63,979 nucleotides of DNA, filler included, from Octopus bimaculoides (GCF_001194135.2; 4 parts of 4 records of this genome joined end to end with filler, not necessarily neighbours in it), one strand, 5' to 3'; positions 1 through 12,992 are shown, counted from the whole stretch's first letter. Notes: a model not told the origin generated them from the sequence alone. Translations and numbers: made by a program.

Positions 1-13
1 TATATATATACTT

Positions 14-196
14 TTATGTCTGTTTTTTCCTTCCACCACCACTTGACAACTGGTGTTAGTGTGTTTACATCCCTATAATTTTGCAGTTCAGCAAAAGAAA
101 AGTAAGTTCTGGCATTGATACATTCAGCTAAAATTCTTCAAGGCAGGACTCCAGTATGGCCACAGTCTAATGACTGAAACAAGTAAAAGATAAAAG
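14..196 (+). mobile_element. SINE family A, 3' half (decayed)
   Basis: cttgacaac...gtgtttacatccc...ccagtatggccacagtctaatgactgaaacaagtaaaaga matches the 3' halves at 21820-22003 and 59461-59680. Confidence 0.8.
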
Positions 197-279
197 ATTA
201 CATTGTGTATTATTATCTAATGCTTAGAAATATCACCAATCAACATAGTTCTTTGTCATCTTCATTGCAAGATCCAGCA

Positions 280-1608
280 TCTGTATATATAAAAGGCAGG
301 ATGTGTGTGTACGTACGTGAATGTAATTTATGCACGTCCACAAATTAGCATGCATGTCGCTTCAGTTTTAGGAGGACATTCGTCATGACCCTAGCTGTAT
401 TTTCAACTTATTTTTCCCAGAGGCACCAGCGAATAGCAGTAAAAATAAATTTTCAATCAAAACTTTTAACAATTTTCAAGTTGGAGTAAGTTTTTGTTCA
501 AGACGAGTAAGTTCTTGTAAAGACTTTTGTTGTTTTTTTTTTTCCATCAAGGAAAACAGTGTTTTGTTGACATACGGGCAACACACACATACGAACATCT
601 TTGCATACAAAAAATATGTATGCAATTGGTGTACATACATACGTGTGTGTATGTGTGTGTGTGTTGCCCATATATATGTGTGTGTGTGTATATATATATA
701 NNNNNNNNNNNNNNNNNNNNNNNNNNNNNNNNNNNNNNNNNNNNNNNNNNNNNNNNNNNNNNNNNNNNNNNNNNNNNNNNNNNNNNNNNNNNNNNNNNNN
801 NNNNNNNNNNNNNNNNNNNNNNNNNNNNNNNNNNNNNNNNNNNNNNNNNNNNNNNNNNNNNNNNNNNNNNNNNNNNNNNNNNNNNNNNNNNNNNNNNNNN
901 NNNNNNNNNNNNNNNNNNNNNNNNNNNNNNNNNNNNNNNNNNNNNNNNNNNNNNNNNNNNNNNNNNNNNNNNNNNNNNNNNNNNNNNNNNNNNNNNNNNN
1001 NNNNNNNNNNNNNNNNNNNNNNNNNNNNNNNNNNNNNNNNNNNNNNNNNNNNNNNNNNNNNNNNNNNNNNNNNNNNNNNNNNNNNNNNNNNNNNNNNNNN
1101 NNNNNNNNNNNNNNNNNNNNNNNNNNNNNNNNNNNNNNNNNNNNNNNNNNNNNNNNNNNNNNTGGAGCCTGGTGTTGCCATCCGGTTTCACCAGTCCTCA
1201 GTCAAATCGTCCAACCCATGCTAGCATGGAAAGCGGACGTTAAACGATGATGATGATGATGATGATATATACACACATAAACTTAAGACTTAGTTGTGAT
1301 CTTAATTGTGATCCGCTTCTGACACAGAGAATCGGGAGCCCTTTTGTGCATTCTATTTTCCTTGCTTGGAGGGTTCCCAACCCATGAGCAAAGAGGGGTT
1401 AGATGATGGGGGGGGTAGTGTTTTCAAAGGTCTGGCATGTGTAACCTGATCACCTCTACCGATCAAACTCCCAACCCATGTGCTCCTGTCGCGACACTGA
1501 TTCTGCCCAAATCTGACGTCGATGTTACTTAGTTTGGTTTGAAATGAAGAACTTGATTAGCTTAATAATCCTAACTTAATCCTGGGCAAAGCCAGGCTCT
1601 ACTGCTAG
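280..1608 (+). mobile_element. Non-autonomous Helitron-like element, with an internal gap and an RTE tail
   Basis: Starts A|TCtgtatatataaaa. Ends with the subterminal hairpin cctgg-gcaaag-ccagg (1581-1596) followed by CTAG|T. Inserted between A and T. Confidence 0.7.
1163..1268 (+). mobile_element. Young RTE LINE 3' tail
   Basis: Near-identical to the tails at 7330-7427, 25600-25705 and 35340-35446. Ends ttaaac(gat)n. Confidence 0.85.
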
Positions 1609-2029
1609 TTTTACCCAAGCTGGCCTTCACCACTTTGTCCCATGTCTTCCTCACTCTATTTCTTTCATGGGCTTCACAAACTTGGAGCACATGGCACTTC
1701 TTTATTTGTTGTTGTTTTTGTTGTATTTTTAGCCCTTTGTCAGCCTTGATCTGGCAAAAAAATTAGCAAAGTGTCCAGCTGTGACCATGCTGCTTTTTAT
1801 TCTAAATAAGGAATCTAGGACTACATTATACAACATGTGATTTGGATAAAATTTCAAACATGTTGAGTAATCGTTTAAAAGACTCATCATTGAAATGACA
1901 AATACGAATCATGTACACACACACACATACATACATATATGTACACAAACATAGTACATAGTACATATATATATATATATATTCCCTCACACATCCCTTT
2001 CCCAGTTTTCAGAGTTGGCACTGTCAATA

Positions 2030-5000
2030 TAAGCACACCAAAATGGAGGTCTAGCTAGATTGTTAAATGCTTGAATGGTGACATGTTGAAGTATGCTGTA
2101 TCAAAGAGGTAAGGTGGAGAGGAGCTTCAGGTTCTACACAGGCAAGACACAGAGGTATAAAATCTTCTAGGAAGGTAACAGTGATGGGGTAGGTGGTGTG
2201 GGCATACTTCTTGCTGAGAAATGGGTGGATAAGGTCACAGGTAGTCAGAATATGCGATAGAGTGCTTAAGCTCAAGCTAGTCTTCCAGAATAGTATAGTG
2301 ACAATCATCTCTGCCTACACCCCACAAACAAGCCTACCAAATGAACAGAAGGACCACTTTGATATCTTCTGCAGGTTACCTCAAAGAGGAGTGACAATGG
2401 TCTCATCTGTGTGGCTAGGAATTTCGATGGGCATGTTGGACAGCAGACTGGTATCTTCCATGGAGGTCATGGAATTGGTACCCAAAATGAAGAGGGAACA
2501 AGGCTACTGGAGTTCTGTGATGCAAGTTACCTATTGACCTGCAACACCAACTTCAGGAAGCCAGCCAGCCATTTGATAACATACCACTCAGGTGACTGTG
2601 CTAGCCAGCTCGATTACATTCTCATCAGACAGCGGGATGCATGGTTGCTCTTAAATACAAAGACCCATCCCCCCTAATGAAGAATGTACCCCCAACATAG
2701 ACTAGTTATTAGTTATTTTAGAGTTCGTGCCTGAAGGATGTCAAGAAGCAGACCAATCTGGAAAAGAAGGATTTGGAAGTTTAAAGACCTTCATATGGTC
2801 AGTGATTTAGGGACATCCTAATTGAGAAATTTGATGAAGAGGAGGAAGAGCTACAGACTTGTGACATAGAGGACAACTGAGAATTCCTGTGGAACAGCCT
2901 GCTGAGTGCCACAGACCAAATCTACAGCAGGTGCAAAGTCCCATCCAGACCTAGAGCAACGTGGTGATGAAATGATGCAGTAGACAGGGCCATTAGAGCA
3001 AAGAAACAGGCCTGGAAGAGTAGGAGTAACAGGGAACTTTATTAGATAGCCAGAAGGGAAGCTAGGAGACTGGTATAGCTAGACAAGGGAGAAGCAGAAA
3101 AGAAAACGCTTGCCTCCATTCAGGATCAAAGAATTGAAGTGTTTCAGATTGCAAGACAGTGTGTGAGAGAAAATCGTGATGTCATAGGAGAAAAATGTGT
3201 CTGTATAGACGAGGGAGCATTTGCATTTAATGATTCTGCAAAGAAAGAGGCTTGGAAATTCCATTATGAATGACTGCTGAGCATGGAGAATGAATGGGAG
3301 GAGAGTCTGCCAAATGTTGACCCAACAGAGAGACCAGCTACCTGAATCGACAGTACTCTGGTAGATAAAGCAATTGAGGATATGAAGACAGTGAAAGCCC
3401 CCAGCCCATCAGGAATCACTGCTGAGATGCTTAGAATATGCAGTGTGGGTTATGATCTAGTCACCTGTATTGTAAATCAGGTGGTTCACAGAATCCTACT
3501 CAATGACTGGTATAGCAGCACCACAGCCAACTGCTACAAAGGTAAAGGTGATGTCTTAGAAATAATTACAGAGCTATCAAATTGTTGGATCAGATGATGA
3601 AAGTTACCGAGAGTGTCATAGCCCAACTAATTAGAGAGAGAGTTAGCCTAGATGAGATGCAGTTTGGCTTTGTGCCAGGCAGAAACACCACTGATGCTAT
3701 ATTTCTGCAGGAGCTGCAGGAAAAATACATAGCCAAAGATAAACCTCTGTACTTGGCCTTTGTTGATTTGGAGAAAGCCTTTGACAAGGTCCCCCAATCT
3801 CTTATCTGGTGGTCAGTGCAGAAACTAGGGATAGAGGAGTTGTTGGTGAGAACTGTACAAGTTAGGTACATGGATGCTACCAGTAAGGTGAAGGTTGGCA
3901 ATGAGTACAGCGAAGAATTTGGGGTAAAAGTAGGGGTTCACTAGGAATTTAAATCAGGCTGCCCCTGAGAGCTCTTCTATGCTGAATCACTACCAGAACT
4001 AGGGAAGAGGTTCCAGGTATGGAAACAAGGTCTAGAATTGAAGGGCTTTAGAGTTAATCTAGTGAAAATATAAGTCTTGGTAAGTAGGAAGGCAGACAAA
4101 TCACAAGTCCCTTCAGGTAGATGGCCTTGCTTGATCTGTAGAAAAGGCGCTGGTAGAAACTCCATAAGATGCACCCAATTTAAGCTTTGAACACATAAAA
4201 GGCACAGCAATATCAGAGGAAGGTTAACAGAGAAACTAGCTTTTGTATGTGGAAGATGCACAGGTACAATAAATGCTGAAAATGTGCAGAAAATAGACTC
4301 CAACTACTAGAGGTAGTAGATAGTTTCTGTTATCTTGGTGACCAAGTTAGTAGAGGAGAATGCTCCGAGAGCATAGCTGTGAGAATAAGATTAAGCTGGG
4401 AAAAGTTCAGGGACCTCCTACCTCAGCTGGCAACGAAGAGTCTCTCTCTCTCAGAGTGAAAGGCAGATTGTATGGTGCCTGTGTGCAAACAGCCATGCTA
4501 CATGGACTGTGACAGCTGAGGACATGCGTAGGCTTGAAAGATATGCCAGTATGCTTCGCTGGATGTGCAAAGTCAGTGTGCATGTTCGACAGAGTGTAAG
4601 CATCTTGAGAGAAAGGTTAAGCATAAGAGGCATCAGATGTAGTGTGCAAGAGAGACAACTGCACTGGTATAGTCACGTGATGCGTATAGATGAGGACAGC
4701 TGTGTAAAGTAGTGTCGATCTCTGTGGAGGGAACCTGTGGAAGAAGTAGACTCAGGAAGACATGGGATGAGGTGATGAAGCATGGTCTTCGAACTTTGAG
4801 TCTCACAGAGACAATGCCTAGTGACCAAGACTTTTGGCGATATGCTGTGCTTAAGAAGACCCATCAAGCCAAGCAAAATCACAGTTGTGGCAGATACTGG
4901 TGTCCCGCAAATGGCTCCTGTGCCGGTGGAATGTAAAAGCACCCATTTCACTCTCAGAGTGGTTGGTGTTAGGAAGGGCATTCAGCCATAGAAAAACCAT

Positions 5001-5101
5001 GCCAAATCAGACTGGAGTCTGGTGCAACCTTCTGGCTTACCAGCCCTGGTCAAACTGTCCAACCCATGCTAGCATGGACTACAGATGTTAAATGATGATG
5101 A

Positions 5102-5106
<5 letters not shown>
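2030..5106 (+). mobile_element. RTE-clade LINE, near full-length and decayed (APE endonuclease + RT + 3' UTR + (GAT)n)
   Basis: APE motifs IISAYTPQ, NFDGHVG, SQLDYILIR. RT motifs QFGFVPGRNTTDAIF, LAFVDLEKAFDKVP. C-terminal LHWYSHVMR, GRSRLRKTW. Many stops, frameshifts and an internal deletion near 3945. Confidence 0.92.
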
Positions 5107-5135
<29 letters not shown>

Positions 5136-5544
5136 TCATGTGTCACTTGAGGCAAGTGTCTTCTATAGCTATGAGCTGACCAATGTAGAAACTGTGTTGA
5201 AGCCAATTGTGTGGAAGGAGAGTGGAAAATGGAAGGGGGTGGAATGTAGTAAGTGAACATGGATGGAGGAAGGGGAGAGATTCATCAGGGACAGCGAGTC
5301 TCAACATGTTAGTCATTTTTCACTACTCCCTTCTATGTCTTCTTAGATTTTCCTCTTCTACAGGTTTCCTTCATAATTACAGATCAGCACTTCTTTATGC
5401 AGCTGTCCTCATCCATACACATCACATGACTATACCAGCAGTTTTTTCTCTTGCACTCTGCATCTGATACCTCTTATGCCCAATTTCTCTCACAACACAT
5501 TTACAATTTCTTGTACATGCTTACATATATAGGTACATTTTATG

Positions 5545-5755
5545 TGTGTGTGCATAGATGCAGGCATGTCTGTGTGGTCATTTCCCAACCATTTGGTTTG
5601 GGGTTTCATTTCCCTACATGGTCTCCTGGATAAGCGTCTTGGTTGGTCCAAGGCTATAATAGAAGACACTCGCCCAAGGTGCCATGCAGTGGGACTGAGT
5701 CCAGAACCATGTAGTTGGGAAGCAAATTTCTTGCCTAAGCCAAGCCTATGCCCTT
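5545..5755 (-). mobile_element. SINE family A, tRNA-derived head
   Basis: Reverse complement of the head at 21611 (ggttc...agtcccactgc...ggcaccttgggc...ctatagc). Confidence 0.8.
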
Positions 5756-7099
5756 TCATTTCATATGGTTATGTGAAGTAAAGTTTTGTGTATTGAAGTG
5801 TCTTGTTTAGACATGAAACAATTCATCTCTGAGGATGTGAATGAGAATGTGTATTATTCATGCCTCTAACAGCAGCTATAGCTGAGAGAACCGATGTGAT
5901 GTGAGAAAGCTTCAATTCACAGAAGAATGTAATCTCGTAGTGGACTTTACTGATTAAAGCATGGTTGAGATACATTTGGGATGTGGTTGTGACATAATTA
6001 AGATGTCAACAGGACATAAGGAAAATCATAGTGTATATGTGTGTGTGTGTATATATATATGTATATGTGTGTATATGATATATATGTATATTTATAAATA
6101 TACATATTTATATGTGTGTACACATGTATGTATGTATATATATATGTAGGTATAAATATATATATGTAGGTATATATGTATGTATGTATGTATGTATGTG
6201 TGTNNNNNNNNNNNNNNNNNNNNNNNNNNNNNNNNNNNNNNNNNNNNNNNNNNNNNNNNNNNNNNNNNNNNNNNNNNNNNNNNNNNNNNNNNNNNNNNNN
6301 NNNNNNNNNNNNNNNNNNNNNNNNNNNNNNNNNNNNNNNNNNNNNNNNNNNNNNNNNNNNNNNNNNNNNNNNNNNNNNNNNNNNNNNNNNNNNNNNNNNN
6401 NNNNNNNNNNNNNNNNNNNNNNNNNNNNNNNNNNNNNNNNNNNNNNNNNNNNNNNNNNNNNNNNNNNNNNNNNNNNNNNNNNNNNNNNNNNNNNNNNNNN
6501 NNNNNNNNNNNNNNNNNNNNNNNNNNNNNNNNNNNNNNNNNNNNNNNNNNNNNNNNNNNNNNNNNNNNNNNNNNNNNNNNNNNNNNNNNNNNNNNNNNNN
6601 NNNNNNNNNNNNNNNNNNNNNNNNNNNNNNNNNNNNNNNNNNNNNNNNNNNNNNNNNNNNNNNNNNNNNNNNNNNNNNNNNNNNNNNNNNNNNNNNNNNN
6701 NNNNNNNNNNNNNNNNNNNNNNNNNNNNNNNNNNNNNNNNNNNNNNNNNNNNNNNNNNNNNNNNNNNNNNNNNNNNNNNNNNNNNNNNNNNNNNNNNNNN
6801 NNNNNNNNNNNNNNNNNNNNNNNNNNNNNNNNNNNNNNNNNNNNNNNNNNNNNNNNNNNNNNNNNNNNNNNNNNNNNNNNNNNNNNNNNNNNNNNNNNNN
6901 NNNNNNNNNNNNNNNNNNNNNNNNNNNNNNNNNNNNNNNNNNNNNNNNNNNNNNNNNNNNNNNNNNNNNNNNNNNNNNNNNNNNNNNNNNNNNNNNNNNN
7001 NNNNNNNNNNNNNNNNNNNNNNNNNNNNNNNNNNNNNNNNNNNNNNNNNNNNNNNNNNNNNNNNNNNNNNNNNNNNNNNNNNNNNNNNNNNNNNNNNNN

Positions 7100-7427
7100 T
7101 GCCAGTGCCGCCTGACTGGCCTTCGTAGGGTTTTCGAGCGAGATCGTTGCCAGTGCCCCTGGACTGGCTTTTGTGTGGGTGGCACATAAAAGACACCATT
7201 TCGAGCGTGGCCGTTGCCAGTACCGCATGACTGGCCTTCGTGCGGGTGACACGTAAAAGCACCCACTACACTCTCTGAGTGGTTGGCGTTAGGAAGGGCA
7301 TCCAGCTGTAGAAACTCTGCCAAATTAGATTGGAGCCTGGTGTTGCCATCCGGTTTCACCAGTCCTCAGTCAAATCGTCCAACCCATGCTAGCATGGAAA
7401 GCGGACGTTAAACGATGATGATGATGA
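7100..7427 (+). mobile_element. Young RTE LINE 3' UTR with tandem hairpin units
   Basis: Three gccagt-N8-actggc units, then gagtggttggcgttaggaagggcatccagc... and a (GAT)n tail. Abuts an N gap. Confidence 0.88.
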
Positions 7428-7481
7428 TAACTTTTGGTTAACCAGTCTCCCCTGAGTGGAACTGATAATGGAAACTATATA

Positions 7482-7714
7482 AAGGCGGGGAGCTGGCAGA
7501 AACGTTAGCACGCCGGGCGAAATGCTTAGCGGTATTTCGTCTGCTGCTACGTTCTGAGTTCAAATTCCGCCGAGGTCGACTTTGCCTTTCATCCTTTCGG
7601 GGTCGATTAAATAAGTACCAGTTACGCACTGGGGTCGATCTAATCGACTTAATCCGTTTGTCTGTCCTTGTTTGTCCCCTCTGTGTGTAGCCCCTTGTGG
7701 GCAGTAAAGAAATA
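7482..7714 (+). mobile_element. SINE family B, young full-length copy with TSD
   Basis: Head ggcggggagctggcagaa...gagttcaaattcc (pol III A/B-box-like). Core cctttcatcctttcggggtcgattaaataagtacc. 12-bp direct repeat ggaaactatata at 7470-7481 and 7715-7726. CpGs retained. Confidence 0.9.
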
Positions 7715-7929
7715 GGAAACTATATATGAGCTCATTATCAGCATCATTCTATTTTTTTTTTCAGCTCCATCAAGTCATTCCCATCCTCTCTTCTAAATAT
7801 CAGTAATGGTGTAGCTCCTCTATAGCACAAAGCCTACTCTTCACCTCAGCTTCTCATATTTTAACCTTTCATCTCCTCACATAAAGATGCTCATCTGTCA
7901 TGGTTTGTAGTATGGCAAATTGCATGGTG

Positions 7930-8130
7930 TTCTCACTAATGCTGGTGGCACAAAAAAACTAAAACACTCAGTCCCCACTGTAAAGTGATTGGCATTAGGA
8001 AAGGCATCCAGCCATAGAAACCATGCCAAAGCAGACATTGGAGCAATGATGCAATCTTTGGACCCATCAGATCCTGTCAAACCATTCAACCCTATTCGAA
8101 ATGGAACATGGACACTAAATGATGATGATA
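7930..8130 (+). mobile_element. Older RTE 3' tail
   Basis: ttggcattaggaaaggcatccagcc...taaatgatgatgat. Confidence 0.8.
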
Positions 8131-8148
8131 TAATATATGAGTATTTAG

Positions 8149-8358
8149 CCCTTTAGCATTTAAACCAGCTATATCTGGCTAAAATATGCTAACAGTTGTA
8201 TGTTCAAATCAACCAGATCCAGCCTCTCACACCTGCCCTACAATGTCATTCTAAAAATATGTAATCACATCATCAAAATTTTGAAGCTACAAGATAAAGC
8301 TTGATTAATTAAAAACAAAAAGCATTACATTTGATAGAATAATCTGAATGCTAAAGGG
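8149..8358. mobile_element. piggyBac-like MITE
   Basis: TIRs ccctttagcatt / aatgctaaaggg, flanked by TTAG (left) and TTAA (right). Confidence 0.75.
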
Positions 8359-8744
8359 TTAAACTTAAGTTCATGTGTATGTATGTAATTTATATATATA
8401 TATGTAATTTACATATATATATATGTGTGTGTGCATGTATGCACACATGCACATATATGTGAATATGTGCATATATCATGATCATCATAATCATTTAACA
8501 TTCACTTTTCCATGCTTGCTTGGGGTGGATGGAGTCTATTGAAGCAGATTTTCTGTTCCCAAGCAATGTAATAATTCCCTGTGGCCAGATGTGTTTACAT
8601 AGAATACTGGAAATGAATGACACTGCTTGTATGATAGTGACAATCATTTTGAAACTATCTCATGATGGCAAGACAAGAAGAGAGAGAGATAGAGACACAC
8701 ACACGCACGCACGCACGTACACACACACACACACACACACACAC

Positions 8745-9330
8745 CTGGCTTCTTTCAGTTTCCATCTCCCAAATCCATTCACAAGGCTTTGATTAGACTA
8801 TAGCTATACCAGCAGACATGCGGTGGAACTTGACCCAGGACCATGTGGTTGAGAAGCAATCTTCCTATCACACAGCCATACCATACATAAGCTAAATGAT
8901 TGATTTACCTTTTTGCTTTTTGTTGTTTCATTCATTGGACTTTGGCTATACTGAGACACTTGTCTTGAAGGGTTTTAGTTGAACAATTCAACTCCAGAAC
9001 TAATTTTTTTACTTACATTTTAAAGCCCATTTGTTTCTTATGCCAAACTGCTAAGTTACAGTTGTAAATAAACCATCTCCAGTTATCAAGTGGTGGTGGA
9101 GGACAAATAAATAAATACATACATACAAACAAACACAAACGCACACATATATATGATGGGCTTCTTTGAGTTTCCATCTGCTAAATCCATTCACACAACT
9201 TTGGTTGACCTGAGGCTATTACTCTTTTACTCTTTTCAGGTGTGCTCAAGGTGCCATGTAGGGTAACTCAACCAGGAACTATGCAGTTGGGAAGCAAAGT
9301 TCTTGTCACACACCCATGCCTACACCTATA
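8745..9330 (-). mobile_element. Two adjacent SINE family A copies
   Basis: Repeated ggcttctttcagtttcc...aaatcca...acaaggctttg motif with internal (CA)n. Confidence 0.7.
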
Positions 9331-10574
9331 TTCTTACTCTACAGCCACACCTGCACCCATGTGACAAAAATTTGCTAAATATCTTGAAGGTTTCTAATTA
9401 TAAGACTATCAAAATGGAATTTTTATTTTCATATAGACATTTTTACAAAAGCCAGTTTAGGTAGTACTGAGAGGCTAGCAGATTACCAAGCAAGAATCTA
9501 CGCTTATTTTGTTGACCAAAATAGAGTTTAAACTGAAAAAGAGTCTCTAAATATCCAAGTTAGGGTTCTGAATTCTTGGCCACCGTCATTGTTCCGTTAT
9601 AAGTTGGTATTCATTTGGTGGTGAAGAAGTCTCGATTGTTCTCATACAGAATCAATGACAGCTCAACACTGAGCAGTATTCGATTCTGGTGAGATGTAGT
9701 TTAGTTGTGTGAAAGATATTAAGCTGTATTGAGTAGAAAAATGTCCTACATTTCCTTCACATAATTAATTTGCGTTGGCAGGTCTCTTCAGAGTTAAAAT
9801 ACTTAATAGTTTAATCAATGAGATATATTTAATCATTGAATACTGCTCTAATGTTAACATATGTTGTAGATATGGAGATGGCTGGGAAGGTGGAGTCTTG
9901 GATTGGCTGTTTTGAATAACCAGTTTAATATTTTCTTTTTTTTTTTGCTTGTTAGTTCAGATCTCACCTACGTAAATAAAATAGGTTACCAATTATATTT
10001 GGGTGTTGATTTCTATAAAATAATTGATCTTCACCTATATTTCAAACTAAATATTACAGTATTATATATAGTACTGTAGTGTTTGGGGTTACTGTAGAAC
10101 TTTAATAACTGAGTAAAGTGAATTTTATATAACTGAGAAATTGCATCACCTAAATTTTTTGGTGCTTGTCACTATTTCAAATTAAATATTAATCATAACT
10201 ATTAAAACCAGCTGTTTTTTTTTCTTCTTTTGCAGGTGGGATTCATATGGCATTTTCATATGTGTATATGAATAGAGTATGTATATATGTGTGTGTGTAT
10301 GTATTTCTATGTATATATTTTCGTTGAATTAAAACTTATTTCTCGATAGAAAGAAAAATTTTCAGCAGTAAATGGCAGTGTTGTTTCTCTATATATGTCA
10401 CATATTATAGATATATAAAGAATTGAATTTATCTAATGAAATAACGTGAAATACTGCTTAAGTCCTTTTAGCCTGTTATTCTAGTTGCTGACTAGCAAGT
10501 TGTGTATATATGTTTCTATTTATATATGCAATATATGTATGCACAAATATATATACATATATATAAGTTAGCAG

Positions 10575-10965
10575 CAGAAGCGGATGCTCTGAGAGTGTAA
10601 CTGCTAGAATAAGAAGAGGCTAGGCAAAGTTCAGAGAGCTTCTACCTTTGTTGGTAACAAAGGGCCTCTCCCTCAGCGAAAGGCAAATTATATGATGCCT
10701 GTATGTGAACAGCCATACCACACAGCAGGGGAACATGGGTTGTGACTGCAGAGGACATGCAAAGGCTTGAAAGAAATGAAGCTAGCAAGCTTCACTGGAT
10801 GTGCAATGTCAGTGTGCATGTACAACAGAGAGTAAGCATCTTGATAGAAAAACTGCAACTAAGAGACATCAGATATGGTGTGCAGGAGAGATGACTGCAC
10901 TGGTACAGTCATGGACGAGGACAGCTGTGTAAAGAAGTGCTGTTTTCTAACTGTGGAAGAGTTTG
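10575..10965 (+). mobile_element. RTE LINE 3' coding fragment
   Basis: KFRELLPLLVTKGLS...TAEDMQRLERNEAS...LHWYSH parallels 4400-4720. Confidence 0.8.
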
Positions 10966-11308
10966 ACAACACGTCTTAATTCTAATATCCTTCAGTCTCT
11001 TAGGCAGCAATTGCAGTGTTGTGCCAAATTCACCAATTACCACAGGAATAAATATCTTCCTGGAAATAGTTTTCCACAATCTTTTCATTTCTTTGGCTAG
11101 ATTCAATATTTCTTAATATTTTCAATTTCTTTGGTGTCCATTCTGTTAGCATATGGTTATTGCAAAGTTTAGGATCTTACATTGTTTTGTTTTTTTAATG
11201 TCCTCAACAATCATATCAGCAATCCTTGCTTCAATAGTATATTCAGTCTTTATGGAAAAATCCCATAAAATTTTGTAATTATCATCCACCATCAGTATCC
11301 AGGTTATA
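10966..11308 (-). mobile_element. R4/Dong-clade non-LTR retrotransposon fragment (restriction-like endonuclease domain)
   Basis: KILWDFSIKTEYTIEARIADMIVED...ILNFAI, then NLAKEMKRLWK...FIPVVIGEFGT. Fits the R4/Dong RLE pattern ILWDF.IQTD....RRPD....IPIVIGALG. Abuts (TTA)n. Confidence 0.8.
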
Positions 11309-11312
11309 TTTA

Positions 11313-11372
<60 letters not shown>

Positions 11373-11600
11373 TGTGGTGAGTTGGCAGAGTTATTAGCAC
11401 ACTGGGAAAAATGTTTAGTGGCATTTCATCTGTCTTAATGTTCTGAGTTCAAATTCTGCCAAGGTTGACTTCACCTTTCATCCTTTTGGGGTTGATAAGC
11501 TATGTACCATTCGAGTGCTGGGATTGATGCAATCAACTACCCCCACTTCCCTAAAACTCTCAAGCTTTGTGCCTATAGTAGAAATGATTATTGTTGTTAT
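11309..11600 (+). mobile_element. (TTA)n microsatellite followed by SINE family B
   Basis: About 21 TTA units at 11309-11372, then gtggtgagttggcagagtt...gagttcaaattc...cctttcatccttttggggttgataag. Confidence 0.85.
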
Positions 11601-12992
11601 CATTATCATTATAGAGTGGCTAAAAAAATAGTGTGAAACTGAATTCCTTGTGGCTTTCATTTACATTTGAGGTTCAAACCTTATCAAAGTTGACCGTGTC
11701 ATTTATCTTATTCTCTCTCCACACTTCAAAGGTTTCTTTGTGCCTGTGATAGAAATACCCAGCATATTCTAGACTCCATGTAACTCCAGATACCACAATT
11801 CCACCAATACCTTTAAGTGAGGTTTAGCAGTGTATAATTGTTTAATTAATTTTATTTTTTAACTAACTCTGCCAGGTTTTCCAGTCATGTTGGGAAGGAG
11901 GTAGATAGCTGGAAGCTAACCCTATAACTTAACTTTACATCAAAGTAACCTCAGGCCAGATTTTCATTGCTTTGTCATAAATAGAGATCATCATCACCAT
12001 CATTATTGTCATCTCATCATTGCCATTGCCATTATCATCAGTGTTTGTATTTCTACTTCATCATAAACAAAGTTTTGGGTTTGCTTCTCTATATTTGTGA
12101 CAATAACATTTCCCATAAGACTATAAAAAGAAGACTAACTCTGAAAGATACCAAACATTCATTTCAAGTGAAAAGAATGATCTATTAATAGCACGACCGA
12201 AATGAAATTGCCCATCCACTTTTTATTGTAAATTTTCAAAGTATTTTTATTTTTAATATTCTTGATGTCAAATTTGGAAAAAAAAAAAAAATTATTGATT
12301 TACTAATTTGCTTGGTCATCTGACTAATTCTTGCCTGAACTGTCTCTGCCCACAACTCTAGATGACTTCAGATCACTTCAGATGACAAATCTTTCAAGTA
12401 ATAAATCAAGAAACACATATATGCACACATGCAAACACACATACGGTTAGATTGCTTGAAGTGGTGTACAGATTGTATACATATCAAGAAAAGGAAGATA
12501 GTCAGGATTTGGATGAAAAGTATTTATTTAGTGTTTTTGTCCCATTCATCATGATAAAAGTGCTAAACAAATAGTTTTTATCCAATTCCTACAAGGCTTT
12601 GTGTTTTCATCCAAAATGGAGACAAACATCATTCCATGTCAATGGCTTGAAAAATTGCTAAGATATTAAGATATTTTTCTTAACATGAAACATTCTCCCT
12701 ATTCCCCTGATATCTCTCCTACTGATCATCACTTACTTAAGCATTTTTAGCTTTTCATAAGCAATAAAACATTCTTAAATAGAGAAGAGATAATTGAAGC
12801 ATTCGGACAGTTTATCACTGAAAAAGATGAATTTTTTTGTTAAAGATGGAATATATGACAGACAAAACGTTGGGTAAATGTCATAAATGAACATGGATCA
12901 TACTTTGATTAAATAAATCAGTTCTTTAACACTTCTGAAACATATTATTGTTACCTTTCAAATACATTTCATGTAAAACAACTTAATATATA

